From a virus, in IMG/VR virus record IMGVR_UViG_3300042474_001185, positions 1 to 64,000 of that record: a stretch of DNA of 64,000 bases; one strand, given 5' to 3'. Position numbers and translations under genes: made by a program. Shown here in pieces: positions 7,410 to 16,938 of the stretch; the stretch's first letter is position 1, and each line of letters begins with the position of its first letter. Below the pieces are notes generated by a model, which was given only the letters and a program-made list of their open reading frames with translations, did not search any database and was not told the DNA's origin.

Positions 7410-9932
7410 ATGTATCAAAACGTCTATTATCAAAGAGAGAGGAATTTAGTACACTTGTGGGATGACAAGTTAGGGTATCGTTCATTCCCATATACAAGGT
7501 ACGCATATGAAAAAGCAGAAAGAGGTCAATATACTTCATTGTATGGAGATAAGTTAAGTAAGATTTTTAAATTCACAAAAGATGACCCAAATCTTTTTGA
7601 ATCTGATGTACCTGAAACAACACGTATATTGGTTGATACCTATACTGACTCAGATATCCCATCGGAAGGACACGTTATCTTAACATACGATATTGAGTGT
7701 GAAATGGATACAGGTCTGCCTGATGTTGAGAAGGCTGAGAACGAACTTACCGCAATAGGTTTACATGATTCTGCTACTGACCATTATTGGGTTCTTATTA
7801 TGGACAAAGATGGTAAGATGAAGGAAAGTAAGAATGGTAATCGTAGCGTTATTCCTTTTAGAGATGAGAGGGATATGTGTATGAAATATCTTTCACTATA
7901 CGAATATATTAATCCATCTATTGTAACTGGCTGGAACATAGACTACTTCGATACTCCATACCTTTATAATCGTATGAAAAGAATATTGGGTGTAAAGCAC
8001 GCTAATAGATTATCACCTATCGGAGAATGTTTTTGGTCACCATATCGTAAGAGATTCTTTATGGCCGGTGTATCTTATTTAGATTACATTGGATTATATA
8101 AATCATACACTTATGTTGAGATGGATAACTATCGTTTGGATACGGTAGCTATGAAAGAATTAGGTAGAGGTAAAGTTGAGTACGCTGGTAATTTGGATGA
8201 TTTATTTAAAACCGATATTGAGAAGTTTATTGAGTATAACTTAGTGGACGTACAATTGGTTGTTGATATGGAACGTAAATTACAATTCGTAGATTTATGT
8301 AGAGGTATCTGTCACGCTGGACACGTACCATATGAAGATTTCGTTTACTCATCAAAGTTCTTAGAAGGTGCGATGTTATGTTACCTTAAGAGAAAAGATA
8401 TCGTAGCTCCTAACAAACCTGCGGATAGACAAGAGATGATGCAAGCCCTAAGAGATAATGAGCAAGAGAAGTTTATTGGAGCATATGTTAAAGCACCTAT
8501 TGTCGGTAAGTATGATTGGATATATGACCTGGATTTAACTTCACTATATCCATCAATCATTATGACTACAAATATTTCACCAGAAACAAAGGTAGCAAAA
8601 ATTAGTAATTGGGATGCACAAAAGTTTATGAAAGGTGAGATTGATACTTTCTTTATTGGTGAAAAAACAATTACAAAAGAAAACTTAAGAAAGCTATTAG
8701 ATGAAAGTAAGTATACGGTATCATCCAATGGTGTATTATATACTACTGATAAAGTAGGATGTATTCCAGCTATTTTAGATTTATGGTTTGACCAAAGGGT
8801 TGAGTTCCGTAAGTTAGAGAAAAAATATGGTGAGGAAGGCGATAAAGAAAAATATGCATTCTATAAGAAAAGACAGTTGGTACAAAAAATCTTATTGAAC
8901 TCTTTATATGGAGTATTAGGATTACCTGCATTCCGTTTCTATGATGTGGATAACGCTGAGGCGGTAACACTAACAGGTCAGACGGTAATTAAATCAACTG
9001 CGGAGATGGCTAACATTAAATACAATAAAGAATTAGGTACGGTAGGAAATGATTATAACATTTACATTGATACCGATTCGGTATTCTTTTCAGCAGTTCC
9101 CTTATTAGACCATAGACATAAGAATTGGAAAGAAATGCCGGATAGTGAAGTTGCTTTATTAGTGGATGGTATTGCTGGTGAAACGCAAGATTTTTTAAAT
9201 AACTTTTACAATATACTTGCTGAAAAAATATTCAATGTACCAAAGGATAAACATAGATTCCAAATTAAAAAAGAATTTGTAAGTAGAAGTGGTATTTGGA
9301 TTGCAAAGAAAAGATACGCACAATGGATTATTGCGGAGAATGGTATTCCAACCGATAGATTAGATGTAAAAGGATTGGACGTAGTTCGTTCATCATACCC
9401 TGCACAATTCCGTAATTTTATGAGTGGTGTTTTAATTGATATTCTTAAAGGTGAAACTGAAATGGTATTAACCGATAAGATATATGATTTCAAAAAAGAC
9501 TTAGTGAATATGGACGTAACTTCTATTGCTAAAAATTCAGCAGTAAAAGAATTATCCAAATACATTCCAAAGAAAAAAGATAATAGAGCAATGTTCCAAT
9601 TTAATAGTGGAACTCCGGCGCACGTTAAGGCAGCAATTGCACATAACCAATTATTAGTTCACTTCAAATGTGCAGCTAAGCACGCTCCAATGAGAGATGG
9701 TGATAAAATTAAGTGGGTATATCTAAAACAAAACCCGTTTGGATTAGATGCAGTTGGATTCAAAGGACATGATGATCCTGATGAAATAATGGACTTGGTG
9801 AGAATGTATATCGATTATGATAAAATCTTCGAAAGGGAATTATTGAAGAAATTAGAGGACTTCTATGGGGCTTTAGGTTGGGGTGCAGTACTTTCCTCAC
9901 AAAAGACAGCTGAACAATTCTTTTCTTTCTAA
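7410..9932 (+). CDS. polB: Family B DNA polymerase (T4 gp43-like)
   Basis: Exonuclease motifs YDIE, GWNIDYFD, YNLVD; polymerase motifs DLTSLYPS, KILLNSLYG, YIDTDS, KKRYA. Confidence 0.97.
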   Translation: MYQNVYYQRERNLVHLWDDKLGYRSFPYTRYAYEKAERGQYTSLYGDKLSKIFKFTKDDPNLFESDVPETTRILVDTYTDSDIPSEGHVILTYDIECEMDTGLPDVEKAENELTAIGLHDSATDHYWVLIMDKDGKMKESKNGNRSVIPFRDERDMCMKYLSLYEYINPSIVTGWNIDYFDTPYLYNRMKRILGVKHANRLSPIGECFWSPYRKRFFMAGVSYLDYIGLYKSYTYVEMDNYRLDTVAMKELGRGKVEYAGNLDDLFKTDIEKFIEYNLVDVQLVVDMERKLQFVDLCRGICHAGHVPYEDFVYSSKFLEGAMLCYLKRKDIVAPNKPADRQEMMQALRDNEQEKFIGAYVKAPIVGKYDWIYDLDLTSLYPSIIMTTNISPETKVAKISNWDAQKFMKGEIDTFFIGEKTITKENLRKLLDESKYTVSSNGVLYTTDKVGCIPAILDLWFDQRVEFRKLEKKYGEEGDKEKYAFYKKRQLVQKILLNSLYGVLGLPAFRFYDVDNAEAVTLTGQTVIKSTAEMANIKYNKELGTVGNDYNIYIDTDSVFFSAVPLLDHRHKNWKEMPDSEVALLVDGIAGETQDFLNNFYNILAEKIFNVPKDKHRFQIKKEFVSRSGIWIAKKRYAQWIIAENGIPTDRLDVKGLDVVRSSYPAQFRNFMSGVLIDILKGETEMVLTDKIYDFKKDLVNMDVTSIAKNSAVKELSKYIPKKKDNRAMFQFNSGTPAHVKAAIAHNQLLVHFKCAAKHAPMRDGDKIKWVYLKQNPFGLDAVGFKGHDDPDEIMDLVRMYIDYDKIFERELLKKLEDFYGALGWGAVLSSQKTAEQFFSF

Positions 9933-9936
9933 AATA

Positions 9937-9968
9937 TTTGGTAGTTTCAGGTATTTTTCGTATATTTG
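9937..9968 (+). promoter_or_regulatory. Bacteroidota-type promoter
   Basis: TTTG-N20-TATATTTG upstream of the clamp gene. Confidence 0.75.
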
Positions 9969-10003
9969 TATAACAAATTAAAACATAAATTAAAATTTCA
10001 ATT

Positions 10004-10699
10004 ATGAACAAAGGCAAATTTGATGGTTTCGTTAATCGTTACAACTTAGGTGGTGAGATTGAATCCGTTATGGTAAAATCCGATGACAAGAACTTATCGG
10101 TAAGAATGATTTCAGATGACAAAACCTTATTAGGTGATGTTACAGTAGTGGGTGGTGAATTTCCAAATGGTGAATTTGGTATTTACACTACTTCACAATT
10201 AAAAAGCTTATTGAGTGTATTAGATGACACTATCACTGTAGAAGAAGTGACTGGTGCATTAAGATTCTCAGATAAGAAAACAAAGGTACAATATATGTTA
10301 GCGGCACCATCGGTGATTCCCGCAGTACCTGATTTAAAAGCATTACCTCCATTTGATACGGAAGTTGCTTTGGATGATGATTTTGTAAATACGTTTATCA
10401 AATCAAAAGGAGCATTATCTGATTCGGATACTTTTACATTTACTGTTAAGGGTGGTAACGCTGAGATTATTTTAGGTTATTCATCAATTAACTCAAACCG
10501 AATTTCAACAGCTGTTCAAGCAACTACTAAAGTTGATATTGAACCAATTGCGTTCTCAGCAAAATATTTGAAAGCTATCTTAATGGCTAACAAAGGTTCT
10601 AAAACATCTTCATTGAAAATCTCATCTAAAGGATTATCGCATCTATCATTTACTGATGGAGATTATACTTCAAACTATTACTTAGTAGAAATTAAATAA
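10004..10699 (+). CDS. DNA sliding clamp (gp45/PCNA-like)
   Basis: 231 aa, EFGIYTTSQLKSLLSV motif, two-domain beta-rich pattern; between polymerase and clamp loader. Confidence 0.8.
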   Translation: MNKGKFDGFVNRYNLGGEIESVMVKSDDKNLSVRMISDDKTLLGDVTVVGGEFPNGEFGIYTTSQLKSLLSVLDDTITVEEVTGALRFSDKKTKVQYMLAAPSVIPAVPDLKALPPFDTEVALDDDFVNTFIKSKGALSDSDTFTFTVKGGNAEIILGYSSINSNRISTAVQATTKVDIEPIAFSAKYLKAILMANKGSKTSSLKISSKGLSHLSFTDGDYTSNYYLVEIK

Positions 10700-10704
10700 T
10701 TAAT

Positions 10705-11916
10705 ATGAGCTTTTGGGATACTGAACCACAAAAACCTGTCTTTGACTTTGAATCTGAAAAGACGAAGTTAATAGAAAATATGGACTACCTTATGACAATG
10801 TCTGTTCAAGAACAAACTTTGTATAAGAAGTGGGTTGAATTGCAAGAACCTACAATGATTCAAGCGAAATCCCAAATCGCATCTTATTATGATTTACAAT
10901 GGAAACCAACTGATATCAACAATAAGGAGCTAACGATAAAAGAAATTGAATCGTTAGACCCTTACGTTGAGATTGTTGATGACCCAAAAGAATCTACTAA
11001 ATGGGCAGCGGTAAGACGTATGATTCACACAATGGATTTTACAGCAAACCCTGGTCGTAATGTGAAGATTAATGTAAAGGATAGAGTGAGTGGAAAACTA
11101 TTAGGACAGATTTCATTAGCATCCGATGTTACCGCTATGGGAGTTAGAGATAACTTCATTGGTTGGACTAAGGATAATAAATTTGTTGATGGTAAGTTAA
11201 ACAACACTACTATTGCTTCTACTATTGTATGTACTCAGCCATTAGGTTATAACTTTTTAGGTGGTAAGTTAATCGCTATGATGACAACTGTACCTGAAGT
11301 TAGAAACTATTGGAAATCAAAGTATGATAATGTTTTGATTGCCGTTGGTACAACATCTTTGTATGGTATTCACTCTCAATATAATGGTATTCCACTTTTC
11401 AAAACATTGGGTGAATCCGCTGGTAAGATTAGTTTGAAGCCGGATGATAAATTCTATGACCCTTGGCATCAATGGATTAAGGAAAATAAAAATGATTGGT
11501 ATTTGGAAAACATTACTAGAGAAAGAGCTCGTAATGGTGCTAATATGGGATATGAAGCTAACGGACCTGTTAGTGGTATCAAACAAAAAATATTAGGTCA
11601 AATCTTTAAAGAGTGTGGTATTAAGGCAACTGAATATCATCACGGATTTAAGAGAGGTGTTTATATGGCTATGATGTATGAGAACGGATGTGAGTATCTT
11701 AGAAACGAAATCACCGAAGATAAATTAATCCTTAAAGATAAATTTAAGCAAGGTACAACGTACATCAATAAATGGTGGAAGAAACATGCAATCAGTAGAT
11801 ATACAAAACTACATGATGAAGGAAGAATTAAACCCGAACACTTATTCTACATAGATGCTATTGGAATTAGTTGGGAAGAAATGAAAGCTAAATACCTATC
11901 GGAAGTAGGAAGATAA
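10705..11916 (+). CDS. DUF4338 / Druantia DruA-like protein
   Basis: PGRNVK...LLGQISLASD...RDNFIGW...QPLGYNFLGGKLIAM...TTSLYG..SQYN...LGESAG motif series. Confidence 0.75.
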   Translation: MSFWDTEPQKPVFDFESEKTKLIENMDYLMTMSVQEQTLYKKWVELQEPTMIQAKSQIASYYDLQWKPTDINNKELTIKEIESLDPYVEIVDDPKESTKWAAVRRMIHTMDFTANPGRNVKINVKDRVSGKLLGQISLASDVTAMGVRDNFIGWTKDNKFVDGKLNNTTIASTIVCTQPLGYNFLGGKLIAMMTTVPEVRNYWKSKYDNVLIAVGTTSLYGIHSQYNGIPLFKTLGESAGKISLKPDDKFYDPWHQWIKENKNDWYLENITRERARNGANMGYEANGPVSGIKQKILGQIFKECGIKATEYHHGFKRGVYMAMMYENGCEYLRNEITEDKLILKDKFKQGTTYINKWWKKHAISRYTKLHDEGRIKPEHLFYIDAIGISWEEMKAKYLSEVGR

Positions 11917-11926
11917 AAATAAAATT

Positions 11927-12283
11927 ATGGCAAAAAGTAAAAAAACAAAAAAAGTAGAAGAAGTAATTGATAATACTCAATTAGAACCAATTGGACAAAT
12001 TGGACTAGCACAAGAAAAATTAGAACAATGTGAATGGTGTTTTCAATTTGATGAAGATGAACCACAAATATTTGCTTGGACTGGTGATAATATGAATAAA
12101 GATGAAGAACCTAAAGTAATATTTACGGTATCTAATACAAAAAATTCTTATATTACATTCACTCATAAAAATGGTAAATCATTTAAATTATTTGCTAGAG
12201 AATTAAGCGATGAGGGTAGACAACTTAGAGAACAACAATTAAAAGTAAATTTAGAAAATGAAAGTACGAATAAAGAAGCTTAG
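11927..12283 (+). CDS. Hypothetical protein
   Basis: 118-aa ORF in the replication operon. Confidence 0.6.
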   Translation: MAKSKKTKKVEEVIDNTQLEPIGQIGLAQEKLEQCEWCFQFDEDEPQIFAWTGDNMNKDEEPKVIFTVSNTKNSYITFTHKNGKSFKLFARELSDEGRQLREQQLKVNLENESTNKEA

Positions 12284-12689
12284 TGAAAACGCAGTTATCC
12301 CAACTTATGCAAAAGATGGAGATGCTGGAATGGATTTAGTAGCAACATCAGTTATATCAGAAAACGATACTCAAATTACATATGGTATTGGTTTAGCATT
12401 AGAAATACCAAACGGGTTTGTGGGATTAATATTCCCTCGTTCATCGGTTAGAAAGACTAGATTAATGTTAAGTAATTGTGTTGGTGTAGTTGATAGTGGA
12501 TATAGAGGTGAACTACAAGCTACATTTAACAAAGTTAATCAGAACTCAATTGCTGAAAACGATTATAAGGTAGGTGATAGAATTGCACAAATTATGATTA
12601 TCCCACATCCGCCAATTGAGTTTGAAGAAGCTGATGAGTTATCGGATACTGAAAGAGGTGATGGTGGATTTGGTTCAACTGGAAAATAA
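12258..12689 (+). CDS. dut: Trimeric dUTPase
   Basis: AGMDL, PRSS, GVVDSGYRGE, GDRIAQ, RGDGGFGSTG motifs. Confidence 0.97.
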   Translation: MKVRIKKLSENAVIPTYAKDGDAGMDLVATSVISENDTQITYGIGLALEIPNGFVGLIFPRSSVRKTRLMLSNCVGVVDSGYRGELQATFNKVNQNSIAENDYKVGDRIAQIMIIPHPPIEFEEADELSDTERGDGGFGSTGK

Positions 12690-12699
12690 AAAATACAAT

Positions 12700-13641
12700 A
12701 TGTTTATAGAACAAACGGAAGAAAAAGTAAATAACAATTTGTGGGTAGAGAAGTATCGCCCAACAAAGCTTGTTGATTATGTAGGTAACGAACATTTAAA
12801 ATCAAAAGTAGAAGGTTATTTAGAAACAGGCGAAATTCCACATTTACTTTTATACGGAAAAGCCGGTACTGGTAAAACTACATTAGCAAAGTTAATCGTA
12901 AAATCAATTGAGTGTGATTATATGATTATTAATGCATCTTCGGAGAACAATGTGGATACGGTAAGAAATAAGGTAACTAACTTTGCATCTTCTATGGGAT
13001 TCAAACCATTTAAGATTATTATATTAGATGAGTTTGATTATATGACTCACAACGCACAAGCTATCTTAAGAAACTTAATGGAAACATTTTCAGCACATTG
13101 CCGTTTCATATTAACTTGTAACTATGTTGAGAAAGTAATTGAACCAATTCAAAGTAGATGTCAATCATTTCAGATTGTACCTCCAACTAAAAAAGATGTT
13201 GCAATGCAAATTAGTAAAATCTTAAAGAATGAGGAAGTGGAATTTGAAGTTAAGGATTTAGTTCCAATTATTGACGCAGCTTATCCTGATATTCGTAAGG
13301 TTATCAATACATGTCAACTTAATTCTAACAAAGGTAAGTTGAAAGTAGATGTACAAAATCTATTAGAGAATGATTACAAAAATAAAATTATTGATATCTT
13401 AAAATCTTCGGATGATAAGAGAAACAAATATATGAAAGTAAGACAAGCTCTTATTGATTCTAAAGTTACTGACTTTACTGATTTATATACAATGTTATAT
13501 GATAAGGTAGATGAGTATGGTGGAGAGAACACAGCTAACATCATTCTTTTATTAGGAGATGGTGTAAGTAAATCAGCAGTAGCAATTGATAAAGAAATTA
13601 TCGCAGCAGCTACATTAATTCAAATATTAAATATTATTTAA
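12700..13641 (+). CDS. Clamp loader AAA+ subunit (gp44/RFC-small-like)
   Basis: LWVEKYRP, GKAGTGKTT, LDEFD, SRC motifs; probable start is ATG 12700 (the track's 12616 start overlaps dut). Confidence 0.93.
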   Translation: MFIEQTEEKVNNNLWVEKYRPTKLVDYVGNEHLKSKVEGYLETGEIPHLLLYGKAGTGKTTLAKLIVKSIECDYMIINASSENNVDTVRNKVTNFASSMGFKPFKIIILDEFDYMTHNAQAILRNLMETFSAHCRFILTCNYVEKVIEPIQSRCQSFQIVPPTKKDVAMQISKILKNEEVEFEVKDLVPIIDAAYPDIRKVINTCQLNSNKGKLKVDVQNLLENDYKNKIIDILKSSDDKRNKYMKVRQALIDSKVTDFTDLYTMLYDKVDEYGGENTANIILLLGDGVSKSAVAIDKEIIAAATLIQILNII

Positions 13642-13642
13642 C

Positions 13643-13909
13643 ATGGCTAACATTTTAGGAGCAGGTGGACAACCAATCGGAGGAAAAGAAGAAACCCCAA
13701 TCTCATTAGAAAAAACCGAAGCAATTGCATGTAAGAAATGCGGTGGTGAGATTTTCGTACAAGGTTTTGGATTTCGTAAGATTTCAAAGTTATTAACTGG
13801 TAAAACAAAGGACGAAGTACTACCAGTAGAATTATTCCTTTGTGGAGATTGTGGTGAAGTATTAAATGATTTATTACCTCCGGGTTTAAAAGTAGAAGAA
13901 GAAGCATAA
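13643..13909 (+). CDS. Small zinc-ribbon protein
   Basis: CKKCGG ... CGDCG pairs. Confidence 0.65.
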   Translation: MANILGAGGQPIGGKEETPISLEKTEAIACKKCGGEIFVQGFGFRKISKLLTGKTKDEVLPVELFLCGDCGEVLNDLLPPGLKVEEEA

Positions 13910-13910
13910 T

Positions 13911-14360
13911 ATGGCTAAAACATTATTTGACCATCTAAACGCAATTACGGATAAGAAAGACCCAAAGTATTGGGACACACTTGATGAGAGTGATAAAAAG
14001 ACATGGAGTAACTATATGATACTCCGTTTTCTTTCTATGAAACCTGAGTGGATAGAACTAATTGCAGATATACAACCTTATATTCAGGAGGCACCTCCTA
14101 AAGCAGCATATCTTTGCCTAATTGGATTAATTCCAAAGACACGAGCATTTCTAAAATATATGAAACCAGCTTCATCTGAAAAATATGAAGATTGGATTGT
14201 TAAACTGGTAGCTCAATTTTATGAGGTATCGGAAACGGAGGCTGAGGATTATCTTAAAATCCTATATGAAACAACTGGTGGTAAATTACATATTAAAGAA
14301 ATAGCTGAATCGTATGGTACTGACCCTAAACAAATTACGAAGCTAAAATTAAAGGTTTAG
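13911..14360 (+). CDS. Clamp loader small subunit (gp62-like)
   Basis: LFDHLNAIT.KK...WSNYMILRFLSM pattern; follows the large subunit. Confidence 0.65.
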   Translation: MAKTLFDHLNAITDKKDPKYWDTLDESDKKTWSNYMILRFLSMKPEWIELIADIQPYIQEAPPKAAYLCLIGLIPKTRAFLKYMKPASSEKYEDWIVKLVAQFYEVSETEAEDYLKILYETTGGKLHIKEIAESYGTDPKQITKLKLKV

Positions 14361-14361
14361 T

Positions 14362-14393
14362 TTTGGTAATATCGGGTATTTTTCGTATCTTTA
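14362..14393 (+). promoter_or_regulatory. Bacteroidota-type promoter
   Basis: TTTG-N20-TATCTTTA upstream of ATG 14408. Confidence 0.7.
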
Positions 14394-14407
14394 TATAAAT
14401 AAAAACA

Positions 14408-15280
14408 ATGGCAAAAGTATCATTTTCGCAGTACTCTATGTGGAGTAACTGCCCGCATCAATATAAGTTAAATTACATAGATAAGTTAGGTGAAAGTTCA
14501 TCTAATATACATACAATATTCGGAACTGCTATGCACGAAACAATTCAACATTACCTTTCGGTTATGTATGGTGTTTCCAAAAAGCAAGCAGATGAAATCA
14601 ACAAAGATAAGCTCTTATTAGAAAGAATGAGAGAAGCTTACAAAACCGAAGCTGAAAAAATGAGTGAAGGAACTCCTTGTACTCAAATTGAATTAGAAGA
14701 ATTTTATGGTGATGGTAGAAGAATCTTAGCATGGTTGGATAAGCACATGCACAAATTTTATTCAAAGAGTGGATATGAATTAGTAGGTATTGAAATTCCT
14801 TTAAACGCAACTATTAAAACAGGAGTGCACTTTATTGGATTTATAGATATCGTATTAAGAGATGTGGCAGAGAATTCAATCATTATCATTGACCTTAAGA
14901 CATCTACAATGGGATGGAATCAATATCAGAAAGCCGATAAGATGAAAAACTCTCAAATTCTTTTATATAAAAAATACTATTCTGAATTATTTAATATTCC
15001 ATTATCTAAAATTAAAGTAGAGTATCAAATCCTCCGTAGGAAGTTACCCGAAGATTCAGCATTTCCAATTCCACATGTATCAAAACACGTTCCAGCTCAT
15101 GGGGCTCCATCGGTTACTAAAGTATATGATGAGTTTATGACATTTATTAATGCAGTATTTGATGATGAGGGTAAATTTAGAGATATTGAATTTCCTAAAG
15201 TACCGGGTCCAGCTAAAAAGAATTGTAAATTTTGTGAATTTGGTAATAGGGGAATATGTGATAAAAAGGCTACAAAATAA
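14408..15280 (+). CDS. PD-(D/E)XK exonuclease (RecB/Cas4-like, probable Fe-S)
   Basis: SFSQY..W..CP, FGTAMHE, GFIDIV, IIDLKTS, QILLY, C-terminal CKFCEF...C. Confidence 0.85.
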   Translation: MAKVSFSQYSMWSNCPHQYKLNYIDKLGESSSNIHTIFGTAMHETIQHYLSVMYGVSKKQADEINKDKLLLERMREAYKTEAEKMSEGTPCTQIELEEFYGDGRRILAWLDKHMHKFYSKSGYELVGIEIPLNATIKTGVHFIGFIDIVLRDVAENSIIIIDLKTSTMGWNQYQKADKMKNSQILLYKKYYSELFNIPLSKIKVEYQILRRKLPEDSAFPIPHVSKHVPAHGAPSVTKVYDEFMTFINAVFDDEGKFRDIEFPKVPGPAKKNCKFCEFGNRGICDKKATK

Positions 15281-15328
15281 ATTTTATGTTTTTTTAAATT
15301 CATTATACTTATATATATAAATATATTA

Positions 15329-15532
15329 ATGATGAATCAAGAAAACACAAAACTGACAACAGTGAAAATACTGAAAGATGTATATTCAAGTTTCAAAAAA
15401 GTTTCTTTTACATCGGATGTTACACTTCAAAAGCTGGTAAATAGAACAGTGGAAAGGTATGTTACCGATATAGAATTTAGAGAAGAAATGAACGAATACT
15501 TAAAACTACAAATTTCAGGTTCACAATTTTAA
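15329..15532 (+). CDS. Small ribbon-helix-helix-like protein
   Basis: KLTTVKILKDVYSSFKK...TLQKLVNRTVERY (beta-alpha-alpha pattern). Confidence 0.5.
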   Translation: MMNQENTKLTTVKILKDVYSSFKKVSFTSDVTLQKLVNRTVERYVTDIEFREEMNEYLKLQISGSQF

Positions 15533-15547
15533 CAACACAAATAAGTT

Positions 15548-16930
15548 ATGGCAAAAAAGAAGATTCTGTTACTTTCAGATGATTTAAGAATGGCAAGTGG
15601 TATCGCCACAATGTCAAAAGAATTGGTGCTAGGTACGGCACATAAATACGATTGGTTTCAAGTAGGAGCCGCAATTAATCACCCTGAAGCTGGAAAAGTT
15701 TTAGATGTTAGCCAAGATATCCAAGAAAGATATGGTATCGCCGATGCTAATGTAAAGATTTTACCTTGGAATGGTTATGGTAACGCTGATTTGATTAGAC
15801 AATTAATCAACACAGAAAAGCCTGATGCTATTGTACACTTTACTGACCCTCGTTATTGGACATGGTTGTATGATATTGAACATGAAATCAGACAGAATGT
15901 TCCACTTTTATTTTACGCAATTTGGGATGATTTACCAGACCCATTATATAATCGTAACTTCTATGAAAGTTGTGATTGGATTGGTTGTATCTCTAGACAA
16001 ACATATGGTATCATTAAAAGATTATCAGCTTTAGATACAAAACCAACTTGGAAAACAAAGGCAGATTGGCAAGTAGATTATGTACCACATGGTATTAATA
16101 CTGATATCTATAAACCAGCTGATGTTTCAACTGAATTCCGTAAACAAATTTTAGGAGATAAAGAATATGATTTCGTATTATATTGGAGTAATAGAAACAT
16201 TAGAAGGAAACAACCAGCTGATGTTATCGTAGCATTTAAAAAGTTTTGTGATAAGATTGGTAAAGAAAAAGCAGATAAATGTGTATTACTAATGCACACA
16301 CAACCTGTTGATGAAAATGGTACTGATTTACCGGCAGTAATTGACGCAGTTGCTCCGGATGTTAATATTATATTCTCAGATGTAAGAAGACCAGTTGAAG
16401 AATTAAATCTTATTTATAATATAGCAGATGTAACAATCAACATAGCAAACAATGAAGGATTTGGATTAGCAACGGCAGAATCAGTAATGACAGGAACTCC
16501 TATTATTGTAAACGTAACTGGTGGATTGCAAGACCAATGTGGATTTGAAGTTGATGGTAAGTTATTAACACACGAAGATTACATTAAGATTGGTTCTTTA
16601 CATGAGTGGAGAAAATGGGAAGGAAAAGCTAAGCCTGGTCCTTGGGTTAGACCTGTATGGAGTAGAGCATTAGCATTAGCAGGCTCAGTCCCGACACCTT
16701 ATATTTGGGATGATAGAGTTGATGTAGAGGAAGTTGCTGAAGCAATTGAAGAAATGTACAACACACCAAAAGAAGTCCGTAAAGCAAATGGATTGATAGG
16801 TAGAGAGGCATTTATAGGAGATATGGGATTAACACATACAAATATGTGTCAGCAATTAATAAATGGAATTGAATCAACATTTGAAAATTGGAAACCAAGA
16901 GAAAGATTCGAAGTATTTAAAATTAAATAA
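15548..16930 (+). CDS. GT4-like (GT-B) glycosyltransferase
   Basis: SDDLRMASG, NRNIRRK, NEGFGLATAE, TGGLQDQ. Confidence 0.88.
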   Translation: MAKKKILLLSDDLRMASGIATMSKELVLGTAHKYDWFQVGAAINHPEAGKVLDVSQDIQERYGIADANVKILPWNGYGNADLIRQLINTEKPDAIVHFTDPRYWTWLYDIEHEIRQNVPLLFYAIWDDLPDPLYNRNFYESCDWIGCISRQTYGIIKRLSALDTKPTWKTKADWQVDYVPHGINTDIYKPADVSTEFRKQILGDKEYDFVLYWSNRNIRRKQPADVIVAFKKFCDKIGKEKADKCVLLMHTQPVDENGTDLPAVIDAVAPDVNIIFSDVRRPVEELNLIYNIADVTINIANNEGFGLATAESVMTGTPIIVNVTGGLQDQCGFEVDGKLLTHEDYIKIGSLHEWRKWEGKAKPGPWVRPVWSRALALAGSVPTPYIWDDRVDVEEVAEAIEEMYNTPKEVRKANGLIGREAFIGDMGLTHTNMCQQLINGIESTFENWKPRERFEVFKIK

Positions 16931-16938
16931 GTTATAAA

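Noticed and set aside
7410-9932. Intein or intron in DNA polymerase
   Set aside because: 840 aa with contiguous motifs and no splice-junction signatures.
10705-11916. A complete Druantia defence system
   Set aside because: Only a DruA-like gene is present; no DruE helicase or other partners.
14408-15280. CRISPR-associated cas4
   Set aside because: No cas1/cas2 or array; solo Cas4/RecB-like nucleases are common in phage replication regions.
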